A stretch of DNA of 64,000 nucleotides from Xanthomonas sp. (GCA_018262705.1 JADFDQ010000002.1:239248-303247); one strand, 5' to 3'. Positions 36,937 to 49,652 are shown, numbered from the stretch's first letter. Program-made: numbers and translations. Notes: generated by a model from the letters alone, not told the origin.

Positions 36937-39063
36937 TCAGGCAAGCAGACGGGCGAACTCGGCTCCAGGCAGCGGCTCGCTGAGCCAGTAGCCCTGCACG
37001 AAATCGCCGTTGCGTTCGCGCAGCAGGTCGTACTGGCCGCGCTGTTCCACGCCTTCGGCGACGACCACGATCCCCAGCGAGTGGGCCATCGCCATGGTCG
37101 CGCTGGTCAGGGCCAGGTCGCCGGGGTCGACGAGCAGATCGGTGATGAAGCTGCGGTCGATCTTCAGGCCGTCCACCTGCACCCGACGCAGGTGGTTGAG
37201 ACTGGAATAGCCGGTCCCGAAATCGTCCAGCCAGATCCGGACGCCACGGGCGCGCAGCCTGGACAGCAGTTCCGCGGCGTGCGCCACGTCGCGAATCACC
37301 GCAGTTTCGGTGACTTCAAGATGCAGTCGCGCGGCCGCCAGCCCGGTCTCCTGCAGCACATCGTTCACCTGTTCGAACAGGTTGCTGCTGCGCAATTGCC
37401 GTCCCGACACATTGACCGATATGAACGCATGGGTGCCGTCCGCCAGCGCGGGCCAACCCGCCGCTTCGCAGCAGGCTACCCGCAGGACGCGCTCGCCGAT
37501 CTCCTCGATCAGCCCGCCCTGCTCCGCCACCGCCACGAAGACCTCCGGCGCAATCGCGCCCTCCACCGGATGGGTCCAGCGCAGCAAGGCTTCGGCGCCC
37601 ATCAGCGCGCGATCGGAAGTGCGGTAGATCGGCTGGAACACCACGGTCATCTCGCCGCGATCCCAGGCGCCGCGCAGTTCCTGCTCCATCTTCAGCCGCC
37701 GCATCGCGTCCTCGTCAACGGTGCGGCTGTAGAAGCGGTAGCAATTCTTGCCGGCAAACTTGGCCTGATACATCGCGATATCGCCGCACTTCATCAGCTG
37801 CGAGGCGCCGCTGGCATCGTCCGGGAAAATCGCGATGCCGACCGAAGTCCCGAGCACCAGCCGGCGGCCGTGCAGCAGCAGCGGTGCGGCCAACTCCTGC
37901 ACGGTGGACTCCGCAAGCCTTGTCGCCAGCCCGCGCAGATCGCCTCCAGTCGGCACCTCCAGCAGAATCACGAACTCGTCGCCTCCGACCCGGGCCAACA
38001 GCGCATTGGCCTCGCCGGCAGAACGCACCGCCTGTTCGATGCGCGCCGCGGTCTGCACCAGCACATCGTCGCCGGCCTCGTGTCCCAGCGTGTCGTTGAC
38101 GCCCTTGAAATCGTCGAGATCGGCAAACAGCAGCGCCAGTTGTCCGCCGGTGCCGTGCATCTCGCGCAGGCGCTGATCAAGTTCCGCCCGAAACGCCAGA
38201 CGATTGGCCAATCCGGTCAATGCGTCGCTGTAGGCAACCCGGCGCATGTCGCGGTCATGGCGCGCGATGCTGTCGCGCATGTGCTCGAAGGCGCGGGTCA
38301 AATCGCCCAGCTCGTCGTTGCGTGAAATCAGCGGGACCGGGTTCGAGAAATTGCCCCGTTCGATCTCGCGTGCGGCATCGCCCAGCATGCGAATCGGCCG
38401 CACCAGCATGTGCTGCAAGGCCACCGCGCCGAGCGCGCAAACCCCGGCCAGACCTGCGCACATCAGCAGCAGCCAATACAGGCTGCGCCGGTTGACCTCG
38501 GCCAGCCGCGTGCGCAGCCCGGCCAGCGTCTGCTCCTCGGCGCGTGCGGCCGCATCCATCGCATAGCCGACCCGCACGCCGCCCAACCGATCGCCGCCCA
38601 ACGCGATCGGCCGCGAGACGTCCAACCTTCCTCCGGACGACAGGGCCAGCGGGGCGGTGGCAGCGATGATTCGCTTCGCCTCGGCATCCTGCATCGGCTT
38701 TCCGAAAGCGGCGATATCGCCGGAACCATCGTGGAGGATGCGACCCTGCGCGTCATAGACCAGCACATAGGCCACGTTGGGCGCGCGTCGCGCGTCGCGC
38801 GCGAGCTCGCCCACTTGATCGAGGTCGAAGTAATAGAGCGGATTGGTCAACGCATCGGCAAGCTGGCGCACCTGCGCCTCACCGCCTTCGCGCAGCTGTC
38901 GAATCAGCAGGCCGTGCGTGCTCTGGCGGGCGACCTCGACGGTTGCCCGTTCGCCGCGGGTTTGCATGACCCACAAGATCACCGACAGCACCAGCATCAA
39001 GCCCAGCAGCAGCGCAACGGCAACGACGAAGCGCCACTGCAGGCTCGATCGACGCGGCTTCAT
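36937..39063 (-). CDS. Membrane HAMP-GGDEF-EAL c-di-GMP enzyme
   Basis: Two TMs, HAMP, D.LTGL.NR, GGDEF, EALLRW, DDFGTGYSSL. Confidence 0.92.
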   Translation of the reverse strand: MKPRRSSLQWRFVVAVALLLGLMLVLSVILWVMQTRGERATVEVARQSTHGLLIRQLREGGEAQVRQLADALTNPLYYFDLDQVGELARDARRAPNVAYVLVYDAQGRILHDGSGDIAAFGKPMQDAEAKRIIAATAPLALSSGGRLDVSRPIALGGDRLGGVRVGYAMDAAARAEEQTLAGLRTRLAEVNRRSLYWLLLMCAGLAGVCALGAVALQHMLVRPIRMLGDAAREIERGNFSNPVPLISRNDELGDLTRAFEHMRDSIARHDRDMRRVAYSDALTGLANRLAFRAELDQRLREMHGTGGQLALLFADLDDFKGVNDTLGHEAGDDVLVQTAARIEQAVRSAGEANALLARVGGDEFVILLEVPTGGDLRGLATRLAESTVQELAAPLLLHGRRLVLGTSVGIAIFPDDASGASQLMKCGDIAMYQAKFAGKNCYRFYSRTVDEDAMRRLKMEQELRGAWDRGEMTVVFQPIYRTSDRALMGAEALLRWTHPVEGAIAPEVFVAVAEQGGLIEEIGERVLRVACCEAAGWPALADGTHAFISVNVSGRQLRSSNLFEQVNDVLQETGLAAARLHLEVTETAVIRDVAHAAELLSRLRARGVRIWLDDFGTGYSSLNHLRRVQVDGLKIDRSFITDLLVDPGDLALTSATMAMAHSLGIVVVAEGVEQRGQYDLLRERNGDFVQGYWLSEPLPGAEFARLLA

Positions 39064-39995
39064 TCGACCTCCCTGAGCACCCGCTGCACGCCGCGTCCCA
39101 ACCGACGCATCACCGCCCGGTCGTCCGCGGAAATGGGCACGAAACGCGATGTCTCCATGAACTGGCGCAGGGCCGTGGCAGCCCGAGGGTCGTTTGCCGC
39201 TTCCAGCAGCAACTCCCTCAGACGCCCCTCGACGCGCGAATCCAGCCCGCTGCGCACCATCATCAGCGAGCGCGGGATGTCGTCGCTGCGCCCGATGATC
39301 CTCAGTTCGGGCAGGAATTCGGGAAGCACGCGACGCGGATTGTCCCAGTCGATATTGCTGACCACGCCGACATCGACCAGCCGTTTTTCCACCCAGGTCG
39401 AAATGTTCAGCTCGGTGCGCGCGAACAGGTAGCCGACCCGATCCGGAGAGGGGGCGTCCATCGGCGAAAGCAGCGGCTCGAGGGAATGGCCGGAATCGAG
39501 CAACACGGCTGCCGGAACGTAATAGGCGGTGGTCGAATATGGGCTCTGAAATGCGAGGCTGTGGCCCGTCAGATCGCGCATGGACTGGATCGGACTGTCC
39601 TTGCGAACGAAGAAAATCGAATGGTAATGGGCGGCCCGGTCGCGCTCGGCGATCAAAAACGAGCTGGCAACGCCGCGCTCTTCCAGCAGCGAGGCATTGC
39701 CGGCGGTTTCGTTGATCAGATCGACGCGCCCGCGGCGCAGGTAGCTGGTCATCTGCTGCAGGTCGCGCGCCATCAGGATCCGGCCGCTGCGGACCCCGAC
39801 GTCACCCATGCGCGGCACCAGATAATCGAGCAGCGGCTTGAGCTGTTCGTAATGCTCCTTGGGATTGTCGCTGATCCGCCCCAAAACCAGAACGCCGGTC
39901 TCGTCGCCTGGGCGCATTTGCTGCGCTGCCGCAGACGGAACGAATAAGGACAACAGCGCAAGTACGCAGGCAACTGTCCGGCGGATCTTGCGCAT
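39060..39995 (-). CDS. PhnD/PtxB-like periplasmic binding protein
   Basis: Signal peptide, Y.S..FVR.DS.I....DL.G..LAF....ST..Y..P pattern; 4-nt overlap with the GGDEF-EAL gene. Confidence 0.78.
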   Translation of the reverse strand: MRKIRRTVACVLALLSLFVPSAAAQQMRPGDETGVLVLGRISDNPKEHYEQLKPLLDYLVPRMGDVGVRSGRILMARDLQQMTSYLRRGRVDLINETAGNASLLEERGVASSFLIAERDRAAHYHSIFFVRKDSPIQSMRDLTGHSLAFQSPYSTTAYYVPAAVLLDSGHSLEPLLSPMDAPSPDRVGYLFARTELNISTWVEKRLVDVGVVSNIDWDNPRRVLPEFLPELRIIGRSDDIPRSLMMVRSGLDSRVEGRLRELLLEAANDPRAATALRQFMETSRFVPISADDRAVMRRLGRGVQRVLREVE

Positions 39996-40031
39996 GTTGA
40001 ATACGAACCTCCCAGATCGATCCGTTCCAGA

Positions 40032-40832
40032 TTACAGGATTCCGCCGTTTCCGACATGCGCTCGCGCCAGCTGCGCCATGCGCTCCGAGTCGGCCAGAAT
40101 CCCATGCAGCAAGCGGACTTCGGCCGGGGTCAGGTTGGCGCGCAGGTACAAACGCCGCAGCTTGCGCAGCGCCGATGCCGGCGTACGCCCCTTGTGGAAA
40201 TCGATCGCATCGAGGGTCGCCGCCAGATGGGTGAACAAGCCTTCGAGCTGGGCGTGGGTCGCCGCCTCGGGATCCGGCGGCGGCGTGTACGGCGCGTTTC
40301 CGGAATCGCTCGAAACCGCGTCTTCCAGCAGCGCGCAGCGCAGCTCATAGCTGAGCACCTGCACCGCAGCGGCGAGGTTCAGGGAGCTGAATGCCGGATC
40401 CGAAGGGATATGCACGGCAGCATGGCACAGCGCCATTTCGGCGTTGTCGAGCCCGCTGCGCTCGCGCCCGAACACCAGCGCCACCGGCCCGCTGCCCGCG
40501 GCCAGCACCGACCGCCGCGCGGCTTCGCGCGGATGCAGCGGCTCCAGCTGGATATGCCGGCTGCGCGCCGTGCAGCCCAGCACCCAGCGGCAATCGGCCA
40601 CCGCAGCGGCGAGCGAGGCGTGCACCGGGGCGGCGGCGACGAGGTCGTCGGCCCCGGCCGCCATCGCCTGGGTATCGCGGTCCGGCGCCTTCTCCGGCGC
40701 CACCAGCACGAGCCGGGACAACCCCATGGTTTTCATCGCGCGTGCGGCAGCACCGATGTTTCCGGGATGCTGGGTGCCCACCAGCACGATCCGCACGTGG
40801 TCGCCAAGATTCTGTTGCGCTGCTGCATTCAT
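40032..40832 (-). CDS. trmJ: tRNA methyltransferase TrmJ (SPOUT)
   Basis: [35 protein letters not shown]. Confidence 0.9.
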   Translation of the reverse strand: MNAAAQQNLGDHVRIVLVGTQHPGNIGAAARAMKTMGLSRLVLVAPEKAPDRDTQAMAAGADDLVAAAPVHASLAAAVADCRWVLGCTARSRHIQLEPLHPREAARRSVLAAGSGPVALVFGRERSGLDNAEMALCHAAVHIPSDPAFSSLNLAAAVQVLSYELRCALLEDAVSSDSGNAPYTPPPDPEAATHAQLEGLFTHLAATLDAIDFHKGRTPASALRKLRRLYLRANLTPAEVRLLHGILADSERMAQLARAHVGNGGIL

Positions 40833-40922
40833 CCGCCAATGTTAAACTTCGCGCCCCGGCTTTGCGCCGGCCCGTTCTTTTCCGACAGCCAGTCCAACGC
40901 CTTTCCCGCGAGGCCGTTTTCC

Positions 40923-41747
40923 ATGCAAAAACCCGTCGTCAACGTCATGGTCAAAGCAGCACGCGCCGCGGGCGGCGTGCTGCTGCGCGGGATGAACCGG
41001 CTCGATGCGATCAACGTGATCGAAAAAGATCGGCTCGACTACGCCAGCGAAGTTGACCAGAAGGCGGAACAAGCGGTCGTCAAGGAACTGCGCCGCGCCC
41101 ACCCCGAGGCGGCGTTTCTCGGCGAAGAGGGCGGCATCCAGGGCAAGGGCGGCGCTCTGTTCGTGATCGATCCGCTGGACGGCACCAGCAACTATCTGCG
41201 CGGCTTCCCGCACTGGTGCGTGTCGATTGCGCTGATTGAAGGCGGCGTGGTTCAGCACGGCGTGGTGTTCGACCCGCTGCGCAACGAACTGTTCACCGCC
41301 AGCCGCGGTGGCGGCGCCATGCTCAACGATCGCCGCATCCGCGTGACTGATCGCAAGGACCTGGCCGGAACCGTGCTGGCCACCGGCTTTCCGCCGCGCG
41401 AGCGCGAACGCGCTCCGGCGCAGCTCGACTGCCTGCGCGAACTCCTGCGCGAAACCGAGGACATCCGCCGCACCGGTTCGGCCGCGCTGGATCTGGCCTA
41501 CGTTGCCTGCGGGCGCTGCGACGGCTATTTCGAGTCCGGCCTGAAGGCGTGGGACATCGCCGCCGGGCAGCTGCTGGTGCGCGAAGCCGGCGGACGCATC
41601 TGCGACTACCGCGGGGCGTCGCCCGCGTCGCTGGATGCGCGCACGGCGGGCGGCGGCAGCCATCAGATCGTGGCCGGCAGCGTGAAGCTGGTGGCCGAAC
41701 TGCAGAAGAAGATCGCCGCTTGCGGATTGGCGGCAACGCTCGCCTGA
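40923..41747 (+). CDS. suhB: Inositol monophosphatase SuhB
   Basis: [33 protein letters not shown]; ATG 40923. Confidence 0.93.
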   Translation: MQKPVVNVMVKAARAAGGVLLRGMNRLDAINVIEKDRLDYASEVDQKAEQAVVKELRRAHPEAAFLGEEGGIQGKGGALFVIDPLDGTSNYLRGFPHWCVSIALIEGGVVQHGVVFDPLRNELFTASRGGGAMLNDRRIRVTDRKDLAGTVLATGFPPRERERAPAQLDCLRELLRETEDIRRTGSAALDLAYVACGRCDGYFESGLKAWDIAAGQLLVREAGGRICDYRGASPASLDARTAGGGSHQIVAGSVKLVAELQKKIAACGLAATLA

Positions 41748-41767
41748 GCCCCGGCAAGCCCGCCAAA

Positions 41768-41796
41768 GCAAAAGCCGCGCAGTGCGCGGCTTTTGC
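41768..41796. terminator. Bidirectional intrinsic terminator between suhB and secF
   Basis: GCAAAAGCCGCGC-AGT-GCGCGGCTTTTGC. Confidence 0.85.
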
Positions 41797-41819
41797 ATTT
41801 TGCAGCGAGCGGCTACGGC

Positions 41820-42782
41820 TCAGGGCCGGCGCGCCAGCTCCGCGTGATCCTTGGCCTTGGGCATCAGATCCTGCTTGGTCACCTTCAGTCCGCCGATGGT
41901 CAACAGCGCGCAGGAAATGAAGATCGAGGACAGGGTGCCGATGACGATGCCGATCATCTGCGATTCGGCCATGCCCTGCAGCGAATCGCCGCCGAACAGA
42001 TACAGCGCGAGCGCGGTCAGGAAGGCCACGAACGAGGTGATCACGGTACGCGACAGGGTCTGGTTGACCGACTTGTTCAGAATGTCGGTCGGATCCGAGC
42101 GCAGCGAGCGGAAATTCTCGCGGACGCGGTCGAACACCACGATGGTGTCGTTGATCGAGAAGCCCATCACCGACAGGATGCCGGCCAGCACGTTGAGGTC
42201 GAACTCATGACCGCTGATCGCGAACCAACCCGCGCATACGACGACATCGTGCATGGTTCCGATGATCGCCGCGATCGCGAACTTCTTCTCGAATCGCATC
42301 GAGATGTAGACCAGGAATCCGATGATCACGAACAGCACCGCATACATGCCGTTCAACGCCAGGTCCTTGCCGACCGCGGCACTGATCACCGAACTGCTGC
42401 GCATGGTTGCCGGATTGCCTGCCAGCGACGCCGCCCTGGCAACCGCATCGCCGATGCTGGCCGCCTTGTTGCTGGTGCCTTCCTTCTTGTCGTCGGTCTG
42501 CAAACGCACCAGCAGGTCGTGATCGCTGCCGAAGCTTTGCACCTCGGCACCGTGGAGTCCGGCCGCCTCCAGCTGCTCGCGCACCTTATCGACGTTCGGG
42601 GCCTGCTCGTAGCGCAGCTCGATACCGACACCGCCGGTGAAATCCAGCGCGAAGTTGAAGCCGCGCGCGTACATCGCCACCAGCGAGACCAGCATCAGCA
42701 AGCCCGCAATGGCCAGCGACACCCAGCGCATCCGCATGAAGTCGATCGTGCTGTCGTACGGGAACACATTGAGCTGTTTCAT
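41820..42782 (-). CDS. secF: Protein translocase subunit SecF
   Basis: LDFTGG, HDVV, GFSINDTIVVFDRVRE, QTLSRT. Confidence 0.96.
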   Translation of the reverse strand: MKQLNVFPYDSTIDFMRMRWVSLAIAGLLMLVSLVAMYARGFNFALDFTGGVGIELRYEQAPNVDKVREQLEAAGLHGAEVQSFGSDHDLLVRLQTDDKKEGTSNKAASIGDAVARAASLAGNPATMRSSSVISAAVGKDLALNGMYAVLFVIIGFLVYISMRFEKKFAIAAIIGTMHDVVVCAGWFAISGHEFDLNVLAGILSVMGFSINDTIVVFDRVRENFRSLRSDPTDILNKSVNQTLSRTVITSFVAFLTALALYLFGGDSLQGMAESQMIGIVIGTLSSIFISCALLTIGGLKVTKQDLMPKAKDHAELARRP

Positions 42783-42795
42783 TGCATGTGCTCCT

Positions 42796-44670
42796 TCAGA
42801 TCGAAACCGACTTCGGTTTGCGCTTGCCGCCGTAGATCAAGGTGGCGATGCCGCGCGAGACCGAGACCGCCGTGTAGGCCGAGGTGATGATGCCGAGCAT
42901 AGTAGTCATGCCGAATCCCTTCAGCGGGCCGCTGCCGAAGGCGAACATCGCAAGACCGGCCAGGAACGCCGTGACGTTGGCGTCGAGGATGGTTCCCGAC
43001 GCGCGATCATAGCCTTCCGCGATGGCTTTCTGCGGGGGTAGCCCTATTCGCAGTTCCTCGCGTATTCGCTCGTTGATCAGCACGTTGGCGTCCACCGACA
43101 TGCCCACGGTCAACGCAATGCCGGCAAGGCCAGGCAAACTCATGGTGGCGCCGATCATCGACATCAGCGCGAACACCATGACCAGGTTGATCAACAGCGC
43201 AACGCAGGTGATCAAGCCGAACATCCGGTAGTACACGAGGAAGAAACCCAGCGCGAACAGGAACGAGTAGGTGACGGCCGTGAGGCCGCGATCGATGTTT
43301 TCCTTGCCTAGGCTGGGACCGATGGTGCGTTCGTCAACGAAGTCCATCGGCGCCGCCAGCGCGCCGGCGCGCAGCAGCAGCGCGAGATCCGCGGCTTCCT
43401 TCATGCTGTCCAGGCCGGTGGTCTGGAATTCCTTGCCGAGCGTGCCCTGGATGGTGGCGACCGAAATCACCTGTTCGCGGATCCGGGTCGTGCGCACCTC
43501 GTGACCGTCGACCATGCGCACCTCGGGAATGCGTTCGATATAGACCACCGCCATCGGCTTGCCGACGTGGGCGCTGGAGTAGTCGAACATGCGCTGGCCG
43601 CCGGCAGCGTTCAACCGCACCCGCACCGCCGGCGTACCCGACTGCGAATCGAAAAACGAAGACGCGGTATGCAGCTGTTCGCCGGACGCGATGACGCGCT
43701 TGTTGAGCAGGATGGGAATGGGTTTGCCGTCCGGGCCGAGTTCCTTGCGGTAGTAGATCCGCGCTTCCGGCGGAATGTTGCCGCTATCGCGCGCTTCGAC
43801 CGCGTTGCCTTCGACCACGCCGCGGTATTCCAGGGTCGCGGTCGCGCCGAGGATGCGCTTGGCCTGCGCGGTGTCCTGCACGCCGGGCAGCTGTATGGCG
43901 ATCCGATCGGTACCCTGACGCTGGATGATCGGTTCGGCCACGCCCAGCTCGTTGATGCGGTTGCTCAGAGTGCCGATGTTTTGCTGAACGGCATCGCTGA
44001 GGGCCTTGTCCAGTTCGGACTGCGGGATCCGCACCGTGATGGAATCGCCTTCGGCGCTGAGCTGGTAGGTCGGCACGCTGGTGGCAATCAGGCGCTCGGC
44101 CGCGTCGGGGTTCTGCCCGCTGCTGAGCTTGACCACGACCGTATTGTTCGCCGCCGGCTCGACCGAGATGTAGCGGATGTGGTTGTCGCGCAGCACGCTG
44201 CGGATGTCCTCGGCGGTCGTCTCGAACATCTTCTGCATCGCCGCGTGGCGATCGACCTGCATCAGGAAGTAAACGCCGCCCTGCAAGTCGAGGCCAAGCA
44301 GCATGGGCTTGGCCCCGATCGCCGCCATCCAGCTGGGCACCGTCGATGCCCGGTTGAGGGCCACCACGTAATCGCTGCCGGCGAGGTCGCGCAGCGCCGA
44401 GGCCGCCTTGGTTTGGTCGTCGGAGGACGCCAGGCGCACCAGCAGATTGCCGTCCTTTTGCACCTCGATTTCCTTCGCGTGCAGGTTCGCCGCCTTGAGC
44501 GCCGCCTCGACCCGGGTCTGGAACGCCGCGTTGACGGTCGCACCGCGGTTGGCGGTGATCTGTACCGAAGGATCCTGCGGATACATGTTCGGCACCGCAT
44601 AAATCGCGCTGAGGAACAGGACTATCGCGGCGATGATGTATTTCAGGCGGCTGTAGACGAGCATCGGCAA
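42796..44670 (-). CDS. secD: Protein translocase subunit SecD
   Basis: LGLDLQGG, RINELGVAEP, IGPSLG, GMSVDANVLINERIREE. Confidence 0.96.
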   Translation of the reverse strand: MPMLVYSRLKYIIAAIVLFLSAIYAVPNMYPQDPSVQITANRGATVNAAFQTRVEAALKAANLHAKEIEVQKDGNLLVRLASSDDQTKAASALRDLAGSDYVVALNRASTVPSWMAAIGAKPMLLGLDLQGGVYFLMQVDRHAAMQKMFETTAEDIRSVLRDNHIRYISVEPAANNTVVVKLSSGQNPDAAERLIATSVPTYQLSAEGDSITVRIPQSELDKALSDAVQQNIGTLSNRINELGVAEPIIQRQGTDRIAIQLPGVQDTAQAKRILGATATLEYRGVVEGNAVEARDSGNIPPEARIYYRKELGPDGKPIPILLNKRVIASGEQLHTASSFFDSQSGTPAVRVRLNAAGGQRMFDYSSAHVGKPMAVVYIERIPEVRMVDGHEVRTTRIREQVISVATIQGTLGKEFQTTGLDSMKEAADLALLLRAGALAAPMDFVDERTIGPSLGKENIDRGLTAVTYSFLFALGFFLVYYRMFGLITCVALLINLVMVFALMSMIGATMSLPGLAGIALTVGMSVDANVLINERIREELRIGLPPQKAIAEGYDRASGTILDANVTAFLAGLAMFAFGSGPLKGFGMTTMLGIITSAYTAVSVSRGIATLIYGGKRKPKSVSI

Positions 44671-44735
44671 ACCCTGGTGGCGCTGGGCGCCAAACCGTTG
44701 GACATCAATTGGAAGGAGTGAAGTAGGGGTTCAGG

Positions 44736-45077
44736 TCACGCCGACTTCAGCGTGCCCTTGGGCAGGACGTTGGAAACGGCGCCCTTTTGCACGCGCAGCT
44801 GCACGCCATTGGCCACTTCCACGGTGATGAAGCTTTCGCCAAGCGCGACCACGGTGCCGGCGATGCCGCCGCTGGTGATGACCTCGTCGCCCTTGCCGAG
44901 CTTTTCGATCATTTGCCGGTGTTCTTTCTGCCGCTTCATCTGCGGCCGGATCATGATGAAGTACATGATCGCGATCAGCGCAATGAAGAACAGCGAGGAA
45001 GACAGCATGCTGGCCGGCTGGCCGCCACCGGCGGACTGGGCGTGAGCAACGGGAATCAGAAAATCGAGGGGGTTCAT
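44736..45077 (-). CDS. yajC: Preprotein translocase subunit YajC
   Basis: YFIMIRPQ.KR.K, GDEVITSGG. Confidence 0.95.
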   Translation of the reverse strand: MNPLDFLIPVAHAQSAGGGQPASMLSSSLFFIALIAIMYFIMIRPQMKRQKEHRQMIEKLGKGDEVITSGGIAGTVVALGESFITVEVANGVQLRVQKGAVSNVLPKGTLKSA

Positions 45078-45237
45078 CGGGTATCCGAGTCAAAGGAACG
45101 AAACGCCGCCGCAGCGGTCAGCCGTGCATTATGCCATGACTCACCGCGCCGATCCCCTGCCTGCGAGGGAACGAAGATCGAGCGCGCGCAAGTTTGGAAC
45201 GGGCCTGTCCTTGATCAAAGGCATCGGCGCCGCTTGC

Positions 45238-46573
<1,336 letters not shown>

Positions 46574-47588
46574 AGCAGCAACATCGCATCCCCATAGCTG
46601 TAGAACCGATAGCGCTCGCGCACCGCGTGTTCGTAGGCGGCGAAGATGCGCGCTTTGCCGGCGAAGGCGGACACCAGCATCAGCAGGGTGCTTTCCGGAA
46701 GATGAAAATTGGTCATCAGCGCGTCGATGGAGCGGATGGCGCGGCCGGGATACAGGAAGATGTCGGTATCGCCCGAAAACGCTTGCAACTGGCCGTCCAC
46801 CAGCGCGCTTTCCAGCGCGCGCACGACGGTGGTACCGACCGCGATCACCCGGCCGCCAGCCGCGCGCACGCGCTGCACCTGCGCGACCAGCACATCGTCG
46901 ACGCGAATCCACTCGCGGTGCATGCGGTGCGTTTCGACATCGTCGACCCGCACCGGCTGGAAGGTTCCGGCGCCGACGTGCAGGGTGACGTATCCGAACT
47001 CGACGCCGCGCGCGCGCAGCGCTTCCAGCAGCGGCGGATCGAAGTGCAAGCCGGCGGTCGGCGCCGCCACCGCGCCCGGATCGCGCGCGTACACGGTCTG
47101 GTAGCGTTCGCCGTCGGCCGCATCGGGACTGCGCGTGATGTAAGGCGGCAGCGGCATCTGCCCGGCGCGCTGCAGCCAGTCGGCCAGCGGCGCATCAACG
47201 TGGAAACGCAAGCGCCAGAATCCGCCCTCTTCCTTTGCCAGCACCTCGGCCTGCCCGCCGGCGTCGAGTGCGATGCGGCTGCCGAGCTGCGGCGGTTTGC
47301 TGACTCCGATCTGGACCAAGGCCGCAGCATCCGCCAGCAGCCGCTCGATCATGATTTCGACCCGGCCACCGGTCGCCTTGTGTCCGAACAGCCGCGCCGG
47401 AATCACGCGAGTGTCGTTGAACACCAGCAAATCGCCGGCGCGCAGCAGTTCCGGCAAGTCGCGCACGTGGCGATCCGCAAACGCATCCGCGTCCGCCGGC
47501 ACCACCAGCAGGCGGCTGTCCGAACGTTTGGGCAGCGGCACCTGCGCGATCAACTCCGGCGGCAGGTCGTAATGGAAATCGGACGTTT

Positions 47589-48020
47589 TCAACGCTCGAA
47601 CTTGGTCGAAAGAATGATCGAGGTGTTGGTGCGCTCGACCCCATCGATGGCGCCGATGCGGTCGGTCAGCACGTCCATCTCGCCGACGCTCGCGGTCGTC
47701 GCCAGCGCGATCAGGTCGTGCCCGCCGCTGATCGAATACAGTACCCGCACCTCGTGCATCCCGCGCAGGGCCTTCACCGCCATCGCCATCTGGCGCGGCC
47801 GCAGGGTGATCAGGATGTGCGCGCGGATGCGGCTTTGTTCGAGTTCTTCGTCGATCCGTACGCTGTAGCCACGGATCACGCCCTGGCGCTCGAGCCGGGC
47901 GATGCGGTTTTGCACCGTGGTGCGCGACAGCCCGAGCCTGCGGGCGATGTCAGCGGTCGAAGCGCGCGCGTTCTCGCGCAGCACGGCCAGCAGCAGTTCG
48001 TCGGCGGGAGAAATCGGCAT
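47589..48020 (-). CDS. Lrp/AsnC family transcriptional regulator
   Basis: N-terminal HTH (ARASTADIARRLGLSRTTVQNRI), SGGHDL, RTNTSII. Confidence 0.9.
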   Translation of the reverse strand: MPISPADELLLAVLRENARASTADIARRLGLSRTTVQNRIARLERQGVIRGYSVRIDEELEQSRIRAHILITLRPRQMAMAVKALRGMHEVRVLYSISGGHDLIALATTASVGEMDVLTDRIGAIDGVERTNTSIILSTKFER

Positions 48021-48158
48021 ACCGGCGGATCATACCGGCAGATCGCCCGAATTGCCCGTCGAAGCGGTCGAATCCAACCTGTCATTCGACCAGGAACCAA
48101 GGATAATGATGAATCATCTGGCTGCGTCAGCGCGGCCAAGGCACGGACGGAGACCTCC

Positions 48159-49652
48159 ATGAACCTGATCGAAACCCTTACCCCCCTGCGCGCGCACGGC
48201 AAGGCGCGCACCACCGGCCTTGAAGACGCGGTGCTGCTCGATTTCGCCACCCGCGATCCCCAGCTCGGCGAAGCCGTCGCCGCCGCTGGCGAAGACTACG
48301 CGCGCATCCGCGTCGAATTCCCGGAACTCCTGGACATGGACGAAGCCGCGCAGGCGCACGAAGTCCAGTCCGGCTTCGTCAATTTCTACGCCGAAGACGC
48401 CGCCAACCCCTACGTGGCGCTGGCCGCGCGCGGGCCGTGGCTGGTGACCCTCAAGGGCGCCGTGCTCTACGACACCGGCGGCTACGGCATGCTCGGTTTC
48501 GGCCACACCCCGGAGCCGGTGGTTGCGGCGATGGCCAAGCCGCAGCCGATGGCCAACATCATGACCCCGAACGTCTCGCAGCTGCGCTTCGCGCGGGCGA
48601 TGAAAAAGGAAATCGGACAGACCCGCGGCGGTTGCCCCTATGCCGCCTTCATGTGCCTGAACTCCGGTTCGGAATCGGTGTCGCTGGCCTCGCGGATTGT
48701 CGATGCCAACGCCAAGTCCATGACCGACCCCGGCGCGCGTCACGCCGGCAAGACGATCAAGCGGCTGGTCGTGAAGGGCGCTTTCCACGGCCGCACCGAA
48801 GCGCCGGCGCTGTATTCGGATTCCTCGCGCAAGACCTACCAGCAGCATCTGGCCAGTTTCCGCGACGAGCACAGCGTGCTCACCGTGCCGCCTTACGACG
48901 AGGACGCGCTGCGCAAGGTGTTCGCCGACGCCGAGGCCAACGGCTGGTTCATCGAGGCAATGTTCCTCGAGCCGGTGATGGGCGAAGGCGATCCCGGACG
49001 CAGCGTGCCGGTCGCGTTCTACGACCTCGCCCGCGAACTGACCGCCGGCCACGGCAGCCTGCTGCTGGTGGATTCGATCCAGGCCGGCCTGCGCACCACC
49101 GGCTACCTGTCGATCGTCGACTCTCCCGGCTTCGAGCAGAGCAGCGCGCCGGACATGGAGACCTATTCCAAGGCGCTCAACGCCGGCCAGTACCCGCTCT
49201 CGGTGCTGGCGGTCGGGCAGCGCGCCGCGGCGATCTACAAGCGCGGCCTGTACGGCAACACCATGACCGCCAACCCGCGCGCGCTGGACGTGGCCTGCGC
49301 GGTGCTGGCGATGGTGACGCCGGAGCTGCGCAGCAACATCCAGGCCCGCGGCAAGCAGGCGCTGGAACTGCTGGAGAAACTGAAGTCGGAACTGGACAGC
49401 CGCATCACCAAGGTGCAGGGCACCGGACTGCTGTTCTCCTGCGAACTGGCCAAGGACTACAAGTGCTTCGGCGCCGGTTCCACCGAGGAATGGATGCGCG
49501 AGCGCGGCATCGGCGTGATCCACGGCGGTGAAAACTCGCTGCGCTTCACCCCGCATTTTTCGATCACCGAAGCCGAACTGGAGCTGGTGGTGTCGAAAAT
49601 CCGCCACGCCCTGCTCGAAGGCCCGCGGCTGCAGCAGTCCGCCGCCGCCTGA
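48159..49652 (+). CDS. Class III aminotransferase, likely L-lysine 6-aminotransferase
   Basis: NSGSE, FHGRT, EPVMGEG, DSIQ, YSK (PLP Lys); recalled resemblance to the Flavobacterium lutescens Lat enzyme, unverified. Confidence 0.75.
   Translation: MNLIETLTPLRAHGKARTTGLEDAVLLDFATRDPQLGEAVAAAGEDYARIRVEFPELLDMDEAAQAHEVQSGFVNFYAEDAANPYVALAARGPWLVTLKGAVLYDTGGYGMLGFGHTPEPVVAAMAKPQPMANIMTPNVSQLRFARAMKKEIGQTRGGCPYAAFMCLNSGSESVSLASRIVDANAKSMTDPGARHAGKTIKRLVVKGAFHGRTEAPALYSDSSRKTYQQHLASFRDEHSVLTVPPYDEDALRKVFADAEANGWFIEAMFLEPVMGEGDPGRSVPVAFYDLARELTAGHGSLLLVDSIQAGLRTTGYLSIVDSPGFEQSSAPDMETYSKALNAGQYPLSVLAVGQRAAAIYKRGLYGNTMTANPRALDVACAVLAMVTPELRSNIQARGKQALELLEKLKSELDSRITKVQGTGLLFSCELAKDYKCFGAGSTEEWMRERGIGVIHGGENSLRFTPHFSITEAELELVVSKIRHALLEGPRLQQSAAA

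Noticed and set aside
39996-40031. Pho box for the binding-protein/GGDEF-EAL operon
   Set aside because: No GTCA repeat at 11-bp spacing seen, so the phosphate link rests on family and neighbourhood only
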